Shown here piece by piece: positions 1 to 7,159 of a stretch of DNA of 32,613 nucleotides (the stretch's first letter is position 1; each line of letters opens with the position of its first letter). This stretch comes from a virus (Duplodnaviria; Caudoviricetes), in IMG/VR virus record IMGVR_UViG_3300020043_004230, positions 1 through 32,613 of that record; one strand, written 5' to 3'. A model generated the notes under the pieces. It was not told the origin of the DNA. It ran no database searches and saw nothing but the letters and a program-made list of their open reading frames with translations. Position numbers and translations under genes: made by a program.

Positions 1-302
1 GCGGGCTTTTGCTCTTGACGTTGCGGGTGTTTTTGTGTTCCGGCTAGTTCGCAGAACCGTTCAATCGCTGCCTTGCGATCTAAGCCTTCAGCTTTTTCGA
101 TAAAATCAATTTCATCGCCACCCTCGCCAGTTCCGTGGTCTTTAAAACGCCAGCGGCCACCAGACTCGTAGATCCCCCATGATGGGCTTCGCTCTTCTCG
201 AAAAGGGGATTTACAGGAAGATTTTGCGTGTTCTCCAAATCCCATTTTTGCCATGAGTTCGGGCAGCGGGAGATTTTGCCGGGCTTGCTCGATGTCGTTC
301 AT
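1..302 (-). CDS. DNA primase N-terminal region (degenerate CHC2 zinc-finger-like domain), partial, runs off the window
   Basis: Not in the ORF track. ATG at 302 overlaps the upstream TGA (ATGA). Manual translation MNDIEQARQNLPLPELMAKMG...SCKSPFREERSPSWGIY...WRFKDHGTGEGGDEIDF matches the CPFH-x-E-x-x-PS...F-x-C-x-x-C-G-x-GGD-x-IDF pattern of primase Zn-binding domains. Confidence 0.75.
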   Translation of the reverse strand, partial: MNDIEQARQNLPLPELMAKMGFGEHAKSSCKSPFREERSPSWGIYESGGRWRFKDHGTGEGGDEIDFIEKAEGLDRKAAIERFCELAGTQKHPQRQEQKP

Positions 303-532
303 TTTCCTGACTCCCTCCAAAATCCATGCTCGTCTTGCCAAACAAGTCGTCGTTCGGCCATGTGATTGAGAACATGTGTTCCCAACCGCTTTGCGGCTGA
401 CCAGTAATCAGGATGCGCGCCCTTTGGAAGGATTTCTTCAGCTATTGATACGCAGTCTATTTGCCTTGATTTTGTGAAGGCCCGCCACGCTAAAAACTCT
501 AGCGTATGTTCGGGAAGTTCCGATATTTTCAT
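299..532 (-). CDS. hypothetical protein (77 aa, possibly winged-helix-like)
   Basis: Stop overlaps the primase start; ends in LVWQDEHGFW. Confidence 0.6.
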   Translation of the reverse strand: MKISELPEHTLEFLAWRAFTKSRQIDCVSIAEEILPKGAHPDYWSAAKRLGTHVLNHMAERRLVWQDEHGFWRESGK

Positions 533-539
533 TGAATTT

Positions 540-607
540 AAAAAAACCCTCCACGCCCATCAGTTCAGAAATTGGCCTATGCAGCGGCTCTGATTGACGT
601 GGAAGGT
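540..607 (-). terminator. intrinsic terminator / attenuator hairpin
   Basis: On the minus strand ACCTTCCACGTCAATCAG pairs with CTGATGGGCGTGGAGGGT (18 bp, 2 G-U pairs, 1 mismatch), followed directly by a T run. Confidence 0.6.
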
Positions 608-677
608 AAAATTGATTTTGCATAATTTAAAGGCTTTCTGACGGCCTAATTTCCTGTATAGTATCCTGCCAAATCTG

Positions 678-872
678 TCAACGTCTTGCCTTCTCGGCAG
701 ACTCCAAATACTTCTTTAGCCGCTCCAAATGCGCCTCGGCAAGCTCCATTTCATCGAGGCCGTAACTCTGCTCCCAGTGCGGCAACGGTAGGTTGCGCGA
801 TAGTCGCAACCCAGCAGGGACGTCATTGGCGCAGATGACTAATCGGATTGAGAGGTCGATGTGTTTGGACAT
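678..872 (-). CDS. hypothetical protein (64 aa)
   Basis: ORF overlapping the 3' end of the methyltransferase, same strand as the operon. Confidence 0.6.
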   Translation of the reverse strand: MSKHIDLSIRLVICANDVPAGLRLSRNLPLPHWEQSYGLDEMELAEAHLERLKKYLESAEKARR

Positions 873-2068
873 AACTCCTGTATGAGCGTCAGAAAAGCTC
901 TGGTTGCTGTTGCCGGGACGACTCCATTTCCAAGCAGTCGCAGCTCGTCTGTGCGATTGTCACAGGAGACTTGCAGCTCGGCATAACCCAGCCCACCGGC
1001 AGGCCCATCAGCGTCTCCACCCAGCGCGGATTCAGTTTGCCCGGATTCTGCCTGCTCAATGTCACCTTGCCCTCCTCGATCCGCTTCTGTGCCACTTCCG
1101 GCGTTGAGGCCAGATGTGAGTCGCCCATGATCGGCGTTGCCCAATTCATTCCAACCTGCGTTTCCAAATTTGGAAATCTCCTTGGATCGTTCGCTGATTC
1201 TGGAGTTATTGTCGCTGCCATCGCTGAACAGCTGCGGGGCGTTGCCCACAACCCTTGGCGGCTCCCATGCGTGCTGGGGTTCGCCGGGGCGGCTTGGCCA
1301 TGCTGTTGCATTTGCTCCTCCAGCGAACCCGGAACATACTTCCTGCCAATGCTTGCTCGGTAGTCTATGCGCTTCTGCATATCCGTCCTCTGGATTTGAA
1401 CCGTGGCAGGTGTCAGCCAGTTCGCGGCCTCCTGCGTCACCACCGCGCACAGGTAGTGCTTGCCCAGCATGTGGTCGTGGCTCTTGGAGCCAACCGGCCC
1501 CACATCCTTGTATTCCGAGGCTCTTATCGTAGGCCAGAATGAAGACCCGCTTGCGCTGGTGAGGCGCGCCGACTTCACTCGCAGAGAATATTCCTGCCGC
1601 AACTTTGTAATGTAGGCTTTCCAGTCTCTCGATGCAATGGGAGAAGACCAATGATCCGTTGGGCATTTTGGCAGAGAGCAGTCCTTCGACATTTTCGGCG
1701 AAGAGGATGCCGGGGCGCATAATGGCAATTCCATCTGCGATGATGTCGAACAACCATCGCTCGTCCTCTGTGGCTTTTCGCTTTCCGGCGCAGGAGACTG
1801 GTTGGCAGGGCCACCCGAAAGAGAGAATCCCTCCAGCCATGTATGGAGCGTATTGTTCCCAAGGGAAAGTTGTGACATCTGTGAAAACAGGAGCCGCGTC
1901 CAGCAGTCCGTTTTCCATTTTCGCAACCAAGTTTGCGACGGCGAATGCTTCCCTCTCGCAGTAAGCGATGCAGCGAAGATTTGGGATACAGCGGTGGAGT
2001 CCAATTCCGATGCCTTCGTATTCGCTGCAAATGCTGATGTAAGGGACGATGGGAGTATTATTGTGCAT
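839..2068 (-). CDS. DNA (cytosine-5) methyltransferase, catalytic (alpha) chain
   Basis: Motif I-like SICSEYEGIGIG, motif IV GWPCQPVSCAG, motif VI ENVEG, motif VIII PHQRKRVF, motif X LGNGVVP. Motif IX is absent from this frame. Confidence 0.9.
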   Translation of the reverse strand: MHNNTPIVPYISICSEYEGIGIGLHRCIPNLRCIAYCEREAFAVANLVAKMENGLLDAAPVFTDVTTFPWEQYAPYMAGGILSFGWPCQPVSCAGKRKATEDERWLFDIIADGIAIMRPGILFAENVEGLLSAKMPNGSLVFSHCIERLESLHYKVAAGIFSASEVGAPHQRKRVFILAYDKSLGIQGCGAGWLQEPRPHAGQALPVRGGDAGGRELADTCHGSNPEDGYAEAHRLPSKHWQEVCSGFAGGANATAWPSRPGEPQHAWEPPRVVGNAPQLFSDGSDNNSRISERSKEISKFGNAGWNELGNADHGRLTSGLNAGSGTEADRGGQGDIEQAESGQTESALGGDADGPAGGLGYAELQVSCDNRTDELRLLGNGVVPATATRAFLTLIQELCPNTSTSQSD

Positions 2069-2076
2069 GGTTTCAT
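889..2076 (-). CDS. alternative-frame C5 methyltransferase beta chain (motif IX plus W-x-T-P repeats)
   Basis: 395-aa ORF overlapping the alpha chain. Contains LNPRWVETLMGLPVGW (motif IX-like) and four W[PLA]T[IP] units. Its ATG overlaps the HNH stop (ATGA). Confidence 0.7.
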   Translation of the reverse strand: MKPCTIILPSSLTSAFAANTKASELDSTAVSQIFAASLTARGKHSPSQTWLRKWKTDCWTRLLFSQMSQLSLGNNTLHTWLEGFSLSGGPANQSPAPESEKPQRTSDGCSTSSQMELPLCAPASSSPKMSKDCSLPKCPTDHWSSPIASRDWKAYITKLRQEYSLRVKSARLTSASGSSFWPTIRASEYKDVGPVGSKSHDHMLGKHYLCAVVTQEAANWLTPATVQIQRTDMQKRIDYRASIGRKYVPGSLEEQMQQHGQAAPANPSTHGSRQGLWATPRSCSAMAATITPESANDPRRFPNLETQVGMNWATPIMGDSHLASTPEVAQKRIEEGKVTLSRQNPGKLNPRWVETLMGLPVGWVMPSCKSPVTIAQTSCDCLEMESSRQQQPELF

Positions 2077-2495
2077 TTGTTTCTATTTTTTGTGTGTTGG
2101 TTTCCCCTGAATCCGTGCAGTTTTGTATGCTCTGATTTAGGTAAAATTTCTAAATTTTCTAAACGATTGTCTGTTTTATCGCCATTAATGTGATGAATGT
2201 CATGGCCGTCTGGTATCGAGCCGTTGTGATAAGTCCAAATGTCCCTATGCATAAAAGATCGGTTCCCGTCAGTGCACCCCATGTAGCCAACTTTTCTCAA
2301 GGTATATTTCTTGCCGTTAAAAACCATAAACGGCAGCATTGCTTTTGATCGCAGCTTCTTTCCTGCTCGCTTAAATCTTTGAAATACAGTCTGGCGCGAT
2401 ACGCCAAATGCTCTTCCGGCTTGCGATATGCTGTATCCCTGCAGATATAATTCATACATTTCGTTTGTGGTGTTGATGTCTGGTATGCAGCTCAT
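2073..2495 (-). CDS. HNH endonuclease with N-terminal HTH
   Basis: MHRDIW...IPDGHDIHHINGDKTDNRLENLE...EH is a typical HNH_3 homing-endonuclease motif; GYSISQAGRAFGVSRQTV is HTH-like. Confidence 0.9.
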   Translation of the reverse strand: MSCIPDINTTNEMYELYLQGYSISQAGRAFGVSRQTVFQRFKRAGKKLRSKAMLPFMVFNGKKYTLRKVGYMGCTDGNRSFMHRDIWTYHNGSIPDGHDIHHINGDKTDNRLENLEILPKSEHTKLHGFRGNQHTKNRNK

Positions 2496-2501
2496 GGATT
2501 T

Positions 2502-2529
2502 AATTTATAAAACGGCTAACAAATGTCAA
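2502..2529 (-). promoter_or_regulatory. sigma70-like promoter for a leaderless HNH transcript
   Basis: TTGACA, 16 nt, TAAATT, 6 nt, then ATG(2495). Confidence 0.55.
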
Positions 2530-2604
2530 TCGTTTTATTTTTCCAGTATCCACATTTTTAATGTTGCGCGTTTGTTCACCATGCGCGCCCCGGATTGTTA
2601 ATGA

Positions 2605-3081
2605 CTAAAACGGAATGTCGTCGATTTCCTTTTTGCTTGACTCACGCTTCACTGAAGTGGTCGCCTTACCGTTTTTGGCAAGCCACTCGGCACGCTCTTC
2701 GCCAAATACCCAGCGCTCGATAGTGTTAAATCGATGGTCTGGATTTTTCTGCCCCGGCTCTTCGCCGAGGTAGGCAATGCCGATTTTGCCGATAAGATCA
2801 TCGGCCTCGATGTTAACCTCTTCTCCAGGCACAACTGCCTGTCCAAGGGATGCGAGGAATTGGTCGATTTTCCATGAGGCTTTTGGCGTGAACACTAAAT
2901 GATCGTGGATCTCTGGGCCGACGCCACCATTAGGCAGCGCGACTTTGCAGATCACTTTGATCATCTCGTTTCCGTTCTGGCTGGTCTTTTCGACCGCATT
3001 AACGATTTCGAGTTTGTAGGTTCCCGGTTCTACGAAAAACGAACCAGACGATTTAGGCTTCTCTTGCTTGTAACTTGGCAT
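2605..3081 (-). CDS. single-stranded DNA-binding protein (DUF669-like)
   Basis: PGTYKLEIVNAVEKTSQNGNEMI pattern; acidic SSB-type tail DDIPF; lies next to the Sak4-like ATPase and the exonuclease. Confidence 0.8.
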   Translation of the reverse strand: MPSYKQEKPKSSGSFFVEPGTYKLEIVNAVEKTSQNGNEMIKVICKVALPNGGVGPEIHDHLVFTPKASWKIDQFLASLGQAVVPGEEVNIEADDLIGKIGIAYLGEEPGQKNPDHRFNTIERWVFGEERAEWLAKNGKATTSVKRESSKKEIDDIPF

Positions 3082-3082
3082 T

Positions 3083-4096
3083 TTATTTTTCTTTCTTTTT
3101 CACTTGGCGCATTTGCGATATGCCTGGCGCGCTTTTGACCAGTTGTTCGGGGTTCTCGATGCCGACCTCGTTAGCGAGTTCGACAAAAGTATCTGCACTC
3201 ATTTTACCACCGCCCGCAAGGAATGCCTGTTCTGGCTTGAGCTTGGCAGCGAGTGCAATTGCATCGGCTGGCTCGACGTAGCGTCGTGGCGATGGATTGG
3301 TTAATTTCCATCCGGGCACGTCTTCGCCAGCAATTAGCTTTTCTTTGAGCATGTCGGTAAGCGGCTCTCCGAATTCTTTCGAGAACCACTTAAACCGACT
3401 CACGAAATCTGAGTGCTGCACTGGGTTGGCAAGGATGCGGTCGCGGATAATTGTCAGCGTGTCACCGTTGATTGCATGGACATCTGCCAACGCGGCCTTG
3501 CTTTGAACGACAAGCGCCGAACAACTTTCCTTATTTGCGCACCAATTGCAATACTCGCACGGGCGTGGTTTGGCGATTGGCGATGTCGCGGATCCGATCA
3601 CAGACTGCACAATTCGCTCGGCCTGCTCGCGCGTGAATTCGTATGACCTCACGACGCGTTGGTCGATATAAAGCACGTGTCCTGTCCACGTAGTCTCCCA
3701 ATGCGTATCCATACATGCCAGACTGTAGGCCGCTAGCTGCTCTTGGTAGTTGCGAATTTGGCCAGACTTAATATCGGCAACCCATTTCGCGCCTGCGCAG
3801 ACACCATCCGCGGTGCCAGAGGATGAAAGCCCTGGCACGTGCATGCCGAGGAATTCCTCGCGGGTTTCTACAGGATGTCCCTGCGACAGCTCTCCCAGCT
3901 TTACAATAGCCCAGAGCGATGCCACGCGGTCATCCTCCTCAGCCATAGCTAGGATCGATTGCAGATCACCCTGCATGCCTTGGCGAATTGCAACGTCGAG
4001 TGTCGTGCCACGTTGCGCCTGCGTGCTTGTGCCGCCTGCGCTTACAAATACTGGGCACTCTGCCAGTTTTGGCAGTGATGATGGTCTAATTTCCAT
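3083..4096 (-). CDS. Cas4-like PD-(D/E)xK exonuclease (DUF2800-like)
   Basis: RPSSL...ECP, GTADG, DIKSG, QLAAY, PCEYCNWC: PD-(D/E)xK core with 1+3 Cys Fe-S ligands. Confidence 0.8.
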   Translation of the reverse strand: MEIRPSSLPKLAECPVFVSAGGTSTQAQRGTTLDVAIRQGMQGDLQSILAMAEEDDRVASLWAIVKLGELSQGHPVETREEFLGMHVPGLSSSGTADGVCAGAKWVADIKSGQIRNYQEQLAAYSLACMDTHWETTWTGHVLYIDQRVVRSYEFTREQAERIVQSVIGSATSPIAKPRPCEYCNWCANKESCSALVVQSKAALADVHAINGDTLTIIRDRILANPVQHSDFVSRFKWFSKEFGEPLTDMLKEKLIAGEDVPGWKLTNPSPRRYVEPADAIALAAKLKPEQAFLAGGGKMSADTFVELANEVGIENPEQLVKSAPGISQMRQVKKKEK

Positions 4097-4238
4097 ATTG
4101 CTCGAGATTGTGTTTTTTCAATATTGCCAAGTATTTGTCCGCTTGATCCCGCGCCTCGTCGCGTTCTTCTTTAAGTATTCGCGCTAATTTTGAAACCTCC
4201 TCAAGCGCGACTTTTAGAGTTTGCACCGTATCGCTCAC
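4086..4238 (-). CDS. small coiled-coil protein (50 aa)
   Basis: Not in the ORF track. GTG overlaps the upstream TGA; reads MSDTVQTLKVALEEVSKLARILKEERDEARDQADKYLAILKKHNLEQYGN and fills the gap exactly. Confidence 0.65.
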   Translation of the reverse strand: MSDTVQTLKVALEEVSKLARILKEERDEARDQADKYLAILKKHNLEQYGN

Positions 4239-5146
4239 TTTGCCTCCTTCCACTCGCTCACTTTTGCGAGAAACGTCGCAGGATCAGACTCGATGCGGGC
4301 AAGTGCCTTGTCCCCGGCATCGCGCCATTTCTGCCCAGGCTTTAGCATGCCCTTGGCAACTAAAAACGCACTGACATCGTCGCTGTTGCGCTCAATCTCA
4401 AGTTCCCATTTTGGGATCTCAACCTTTGCTGATGGTTGTGTTGGAGTCGCGAATATGTGCGCTACCGATTCCCACGTCATCGGCAACTCTTCGGCGAGAC
4501 CGCTGCGGGTCTTGGCATCGTATGCCGCGCTGTGCGTTGTCAGGATGATACGCTCCTTGCCGCCGATACCCTTGCTGCGGCCTGATTCGGATTCCACGGT
4601 TTTCGTCTTAAACTTAAAGAACCAAAGCTCATCAGCCCACTCTTTTAGTAGTGGGGCGCTTTGCTTGGTTAATTTAAGCTCGTAGCGGTCATATGCTGCG
4701 AGCATGTCTGGCGGCTCGACCCGCTGCACTTTGCTGTGCGCTACAAATACAATATTTTTACCAGCGGCGATCAGCTGATCGGCGACTGAGAGTAGCCGGG
4801 CAAATCGCTCTGCAAGCATCACAAAGCCCTTTCCATAGCCATAGTCCTCGACCGATTTTTTCTTATCGCTCGCCAGCATGTGCTCTAGGATGAGCCGCTC
4901 TGCCCAGTCGGCAGAGTCGATAATGATTGTTTTGTAGTCTGACGTCTTGCAGGCCGTCAGTGCCTCGTCGAGTTCCACTGCGGTATCAATCGATACTCTA
5001 TCGGTGTCTAGATGCGCCGTGCCTCCCTCGACGTCGAGGAATAAAGGCTTTGGGAATTGTGCGGCAAATGTTGATTTGCCTACGCTCTCAACGCCATAAA
5101 TTACTACGCGCTGTGGCTTGGTTTGTTTTCCTGATATGATTTTCAT
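4235..5146 (-). CDS. Sak4-like AAA_24 ATPase / ssDNA annealing protein
   Basis: Walker A GVESVGKS, Walker B IIIDS, FVAH, AKTRSGL. Start reassigned to MKIISGK at 5146. Confidence 0.85.
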   Translation of the reverse strand: MKIISGKQTKPQRVVIYGVESVGKSTFAAQFPKPLFLDVEGGTAHLDTDRVSIDTAVELDEALTACKTSDYKTIIIDSADWAERLILEHMLASDKKKSVEDYGYGKGFVMLAERFARLLSVADQLIAAGKNIVFVAHSKVQRVEPPDMLAAYDRYELKLTKQSAPLLKEWADELWFFKFKTKTVESESGRSKGIGGKERIILTTHSAAYDAKTRSGLAEELPMTWESVAHIFATPTQPSAKVEIPKWELEIERNSDDVSAFLVAKGMLKPGQKWRDAGDKALARIESDPATFLAKVSEWKEAK

Positions 5147-5154
5147 TTCTATTT

Positions 5155-5520
5155 CTATTCGTCTTCTAGTTTCGCCTTCGTCGCCGACGAATCGACAAAG
5201 TCGCTCTCCCGCAGAATGCGGAGAAGATGTTCGGCTGGCAGGATTGCCAACCATTTATGATCATTGCGCCGATGTAGCACGACGGGGATCTTGTAGCCCG
5301 CATCACGCTCGGCCTGGGCAAGCCAATTATAGGGATTGCCGGCCTCTACGCGCTTGACCTCAAAATGTATTGCTGGAAGAGCCTCGCAAACAATGTCTGG
5401 CGAATCCTTGCCACCGCTAAATTGCTGTCCACGGCGAGCCGGGAATCCCTCGGCAGCTAAAAACTTTGATGCTTCCAGCTCACCGCGTTTGCCCTTTGAT
5501 CTGCTATTTATTTTAGACAT
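5155..5520 (-). CDS. PD-(D/E)xK nuclease, Holliday-junction-resolvase-like
   Basis: SRSKGKRGELE...PDIVC...EVKR pattern of Hjc-like phage resolvases. Confidence 0.8.
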   Translation of the reverse strand: MSKINSRSKGKRGELEASKFLAAEGFPARRGQQFSGGKDSPDIVCEALPAIHFEVKRVEAGNPYNWLAQAERDAGYKIPVVLHRRNDHKWLAILPAEHLLRILRESDFVDSSATKAKLEDE

Positions 5521-5738
5521 AAAGTTCGGACGCGACACGCTGGTATGCCGACCGCATCGCAGACTAGGTCAAATGCGCTCGACCTAACAAATGCCAATGC
5601 TTCGGCCTTGTTGCGCAAATGCTCATCCTGATTTGCTTGCGTGACATAAATTTTTTCAGAATGCATATCCTCAATTGTGATCTGCAATATGCCGATCAAG
5701 ACTCTGCGAAGATACAGCAACTCTAAGTGGTCATTCAT
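5508..5738 (-). CDS. hypothetical protein (76 aa)
   Basis: Start reassigned to MNDHLELL by ATGA coupling with the upstream gene. Confidence 0.6.
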   Translation of the reverse strand: MNDHLELLYLRRVLIGILQITIEDMHSEKIYVTQANQDEHLRNKAEALAFVRSSAFDLVCDAVGIPACRVRTLCLK

Positions 5739-5878
5739 TTGCGATTTTCCCGATTGAACCACCAACGCCGCATTTTTTCGGCTTCGCTTTCGGCGCGTTG
5801 TGCGCCGATGAACCAACCGGCGGCAAACATAAGACTGCCGCCGATTGCGTAAATTCCAATAAATTCGATAGCAGTCAT
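5735..5878 (-). CDS. small membrane protein (47 aa)
   Basis: Not in the ORF track. MTAIEFIGIYAIGGSLMFAAGWFIGAQRAESEAEKMRRWWFNRENRK; one TM segment; ATGA overlaps at both ends. Confidence 0.65.
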   Translation of the reverse strand: MTAIEFIGIYAIGGSLMFAAGWFIGAQRAESEAEKMRRWWFNRENRK

Positions 5879-6024
5879 TTTAATTTCCTTTCGAGTTGGA
5901 CGTGATTTGGGGTAAGGCCGTGGAGATCGCGAAATGCACGGATCGCTTCGTCTCGGCTTGGAGCTAGGACGTAGTCTGAGAAAAGCCCGATCGGGCTGGT
6001 TGCTGTGCAGAGGTAGAGGTTCAT
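5875..6024 (-). CDS. hypothetical protein (49 aa), first gene of the early/replication operon
   Basis: Not in the ORF track. MNLYLCTATSPIGLFSDYVLAPSRDEAIRAFRDLHGLTPNHVQLERKLK; A-rich leader; stop coupled to the next ATG. Confidence 0.65.
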   Translation of the reverse strand: MNLYLCTATSPIGLFSDYVLAPSRDEAIRAFRDLHGLTPNHVQLERKLK

Positions 6025-6025
6025 T

Positions 6026-6051
6026 TTTCTATTTCTATTTCTATTTCTATT
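6026..6051 (-). repeat. (ATAGAA)x4 tandem repeat directly upstream of a start codon
   Basis: Plus strand reads tttctatttctatttctatttctatt. Confidence 0.85.
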
Positions 6052-6089
6052 TTAAGTTTCGCTCGCAGTTGCCCGCTTGCTTGGTGGCG

Positions 6090-6117
6090 ACATTACACCC
6101 CATCAAAAGCATGTAAA
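6090..6117 (-). promoter_or_regulatory. sigma70-like promoter of the replication operon
   Basis: TTTACA, 16 nt, TAATGT, with A/T tracts (UP-element-like) upstream at 6120-6160. Confidence 0.6.
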
Positions 6118-6197
6118 TACTTTTTTTAAAAAAAAATTTACCGCCCTAAAACTTTTTTTCTTTACATCTACCATGCACCTGCCGTGGCGCATTAAAC

Positions 6198-6470
6198 CTA
6201 GATGAGCGGGCGATAGATATTTGCCGTGCGAGCGCCGCATGGCAATTGAGCGCGAATTGTTTTTTTCTCCATCGATTCGCTTTTGACCATTCTATCGAAA
6301 TGGTGTCGGACTGCGCTTTCGCTTTTGCCTGCTCTCTTGGCGGCAAGCTCAACAGTCATCCATCCCTCGGCAAAGAAGTCTTCTAGGCTCTCGCTTTTAG
6401 TCTGCTCAAATACCTTTTCCCATGCGGCCGTCAGGGCAGCATCCAAGGATTTCCTTTTATTCGCTCGCAT
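6198..6470 (-). CDS. HTH DNA-binding protein (90 aa)
   Basis: GWMTVELAAKRAGKSESAVRHHF is HTH-like; overlaps the phosphoesterase end. Confidence 0.6.
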   Translation of the reverse strand: MRANKRKSLDAALTAAWEKVFEQTKSESLEDFFAEGWMTVELAAKRAGKSESAVRHHFDRMVKSESMEKKTIRAQLPCGARTANIYRPLI

Positions 6471-7159
6471 AAATTTACTGTCATCGATTTATCTGTGTAA
6501 TAACCATACGCGAAACCCTGACTCCACGCCAGTGTTGCTCTCCGTGTCGCGGCATATTCCATATCGAATCGCGCCAACATTCCAACGCAATAGCCACTCG
6601 CGCCAATGATGGTTCTGGCGCGCTCCTGGCCTACTCGGTGTAGGTGGCCGATTACACAGCGACCATATGTCTCGGCGTGATCCCGGATCGCCTGCACGTT
6701 ATACATATACCCGTGGAGGAATTTAACGCCGCCGATCTCAACGAATGATCGGATGTCATAGGGATACAAGCGCGCCTTGAGTTGCTTTGCGGTCTTTTCG
6801 ATCTGGTCAATGACCAATGTTGCGGCGTGCGATGCGAGCGCATTTGGCCCACCAGCGAGCTTAAACAAGCGTGCTTCGTGGTTTCCGTAGAGGATGTGAT
6901 TTGGTCGCAGTTCGTTTAAAAAATCCACTCCAGCAGCCAAATCCTCTGCGACCGATGCAGCACGATCTTTTGCATTTGGGTCGGTCATTGCTCCTGATCG
7001 GCAGGCAGCAGCGTCAATAAAGTCGCCGAGGTGCAGGACAGTGTCAGGCCTAAAATCCTGCCGAAATTTTAGAACAGCATCACGCGCTTCGGGGTCGATG
7101 AAATCACCGTGTGAGCATGAGACTGCCAACCACTTTTTCCATTTTTTGATCGGCGTCAC
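6431..7159 (-). CDS. calcineurin-like metallophosphoesterase
   Basis: Motifs SCSHG (D-x-H variant), LGDFID, GNHE, LHG, GHLH. GTG start at 7159 overlaps the upstream stop. Confidence 0.85.
   Translation of the reverse strand: MTPIKKWKKWLAVSCSHGDFIDPEARDAVLKFRQDFRPDTVLHLGDFIDAAACRSGAMTDPNAKDRAASVAEDLAAGVDFLNELRPNHILYGNHEARLFKLAGGPNALASHAATLVIDQIEKTAKQLKARLYPYDIRSFVEIGGVKFLHGYMYNVQAIRDHAETYGRCVIGHLHRVGQERARTIIGASGYCVGMLARFDMEYAATRRATLAWSQGFAYGYYTDKSMTVNLCERIKGNPWMLP

Noticed and set aside
1575-2030. Third-frame 151-aa ORF within the methyltransferase
   Set aside because: Arg-rich with no motifs; likely a by-product of the two constrained frames.
839-2495. HNH plus methyltransferase as a restriction-modification pair
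   Set aside because: The HNH has the HTH plus HNH_3 architecture of homing endonucleases; orphan methyltransferases are common in phages.
3083-4096. Cas4-like gene as evidence of CRISPR-Cas
   Set aside because: No repeat-spacer array or other cas genes; context with Sak4-like ATPase and SSB indicates a recombination exonuclease.
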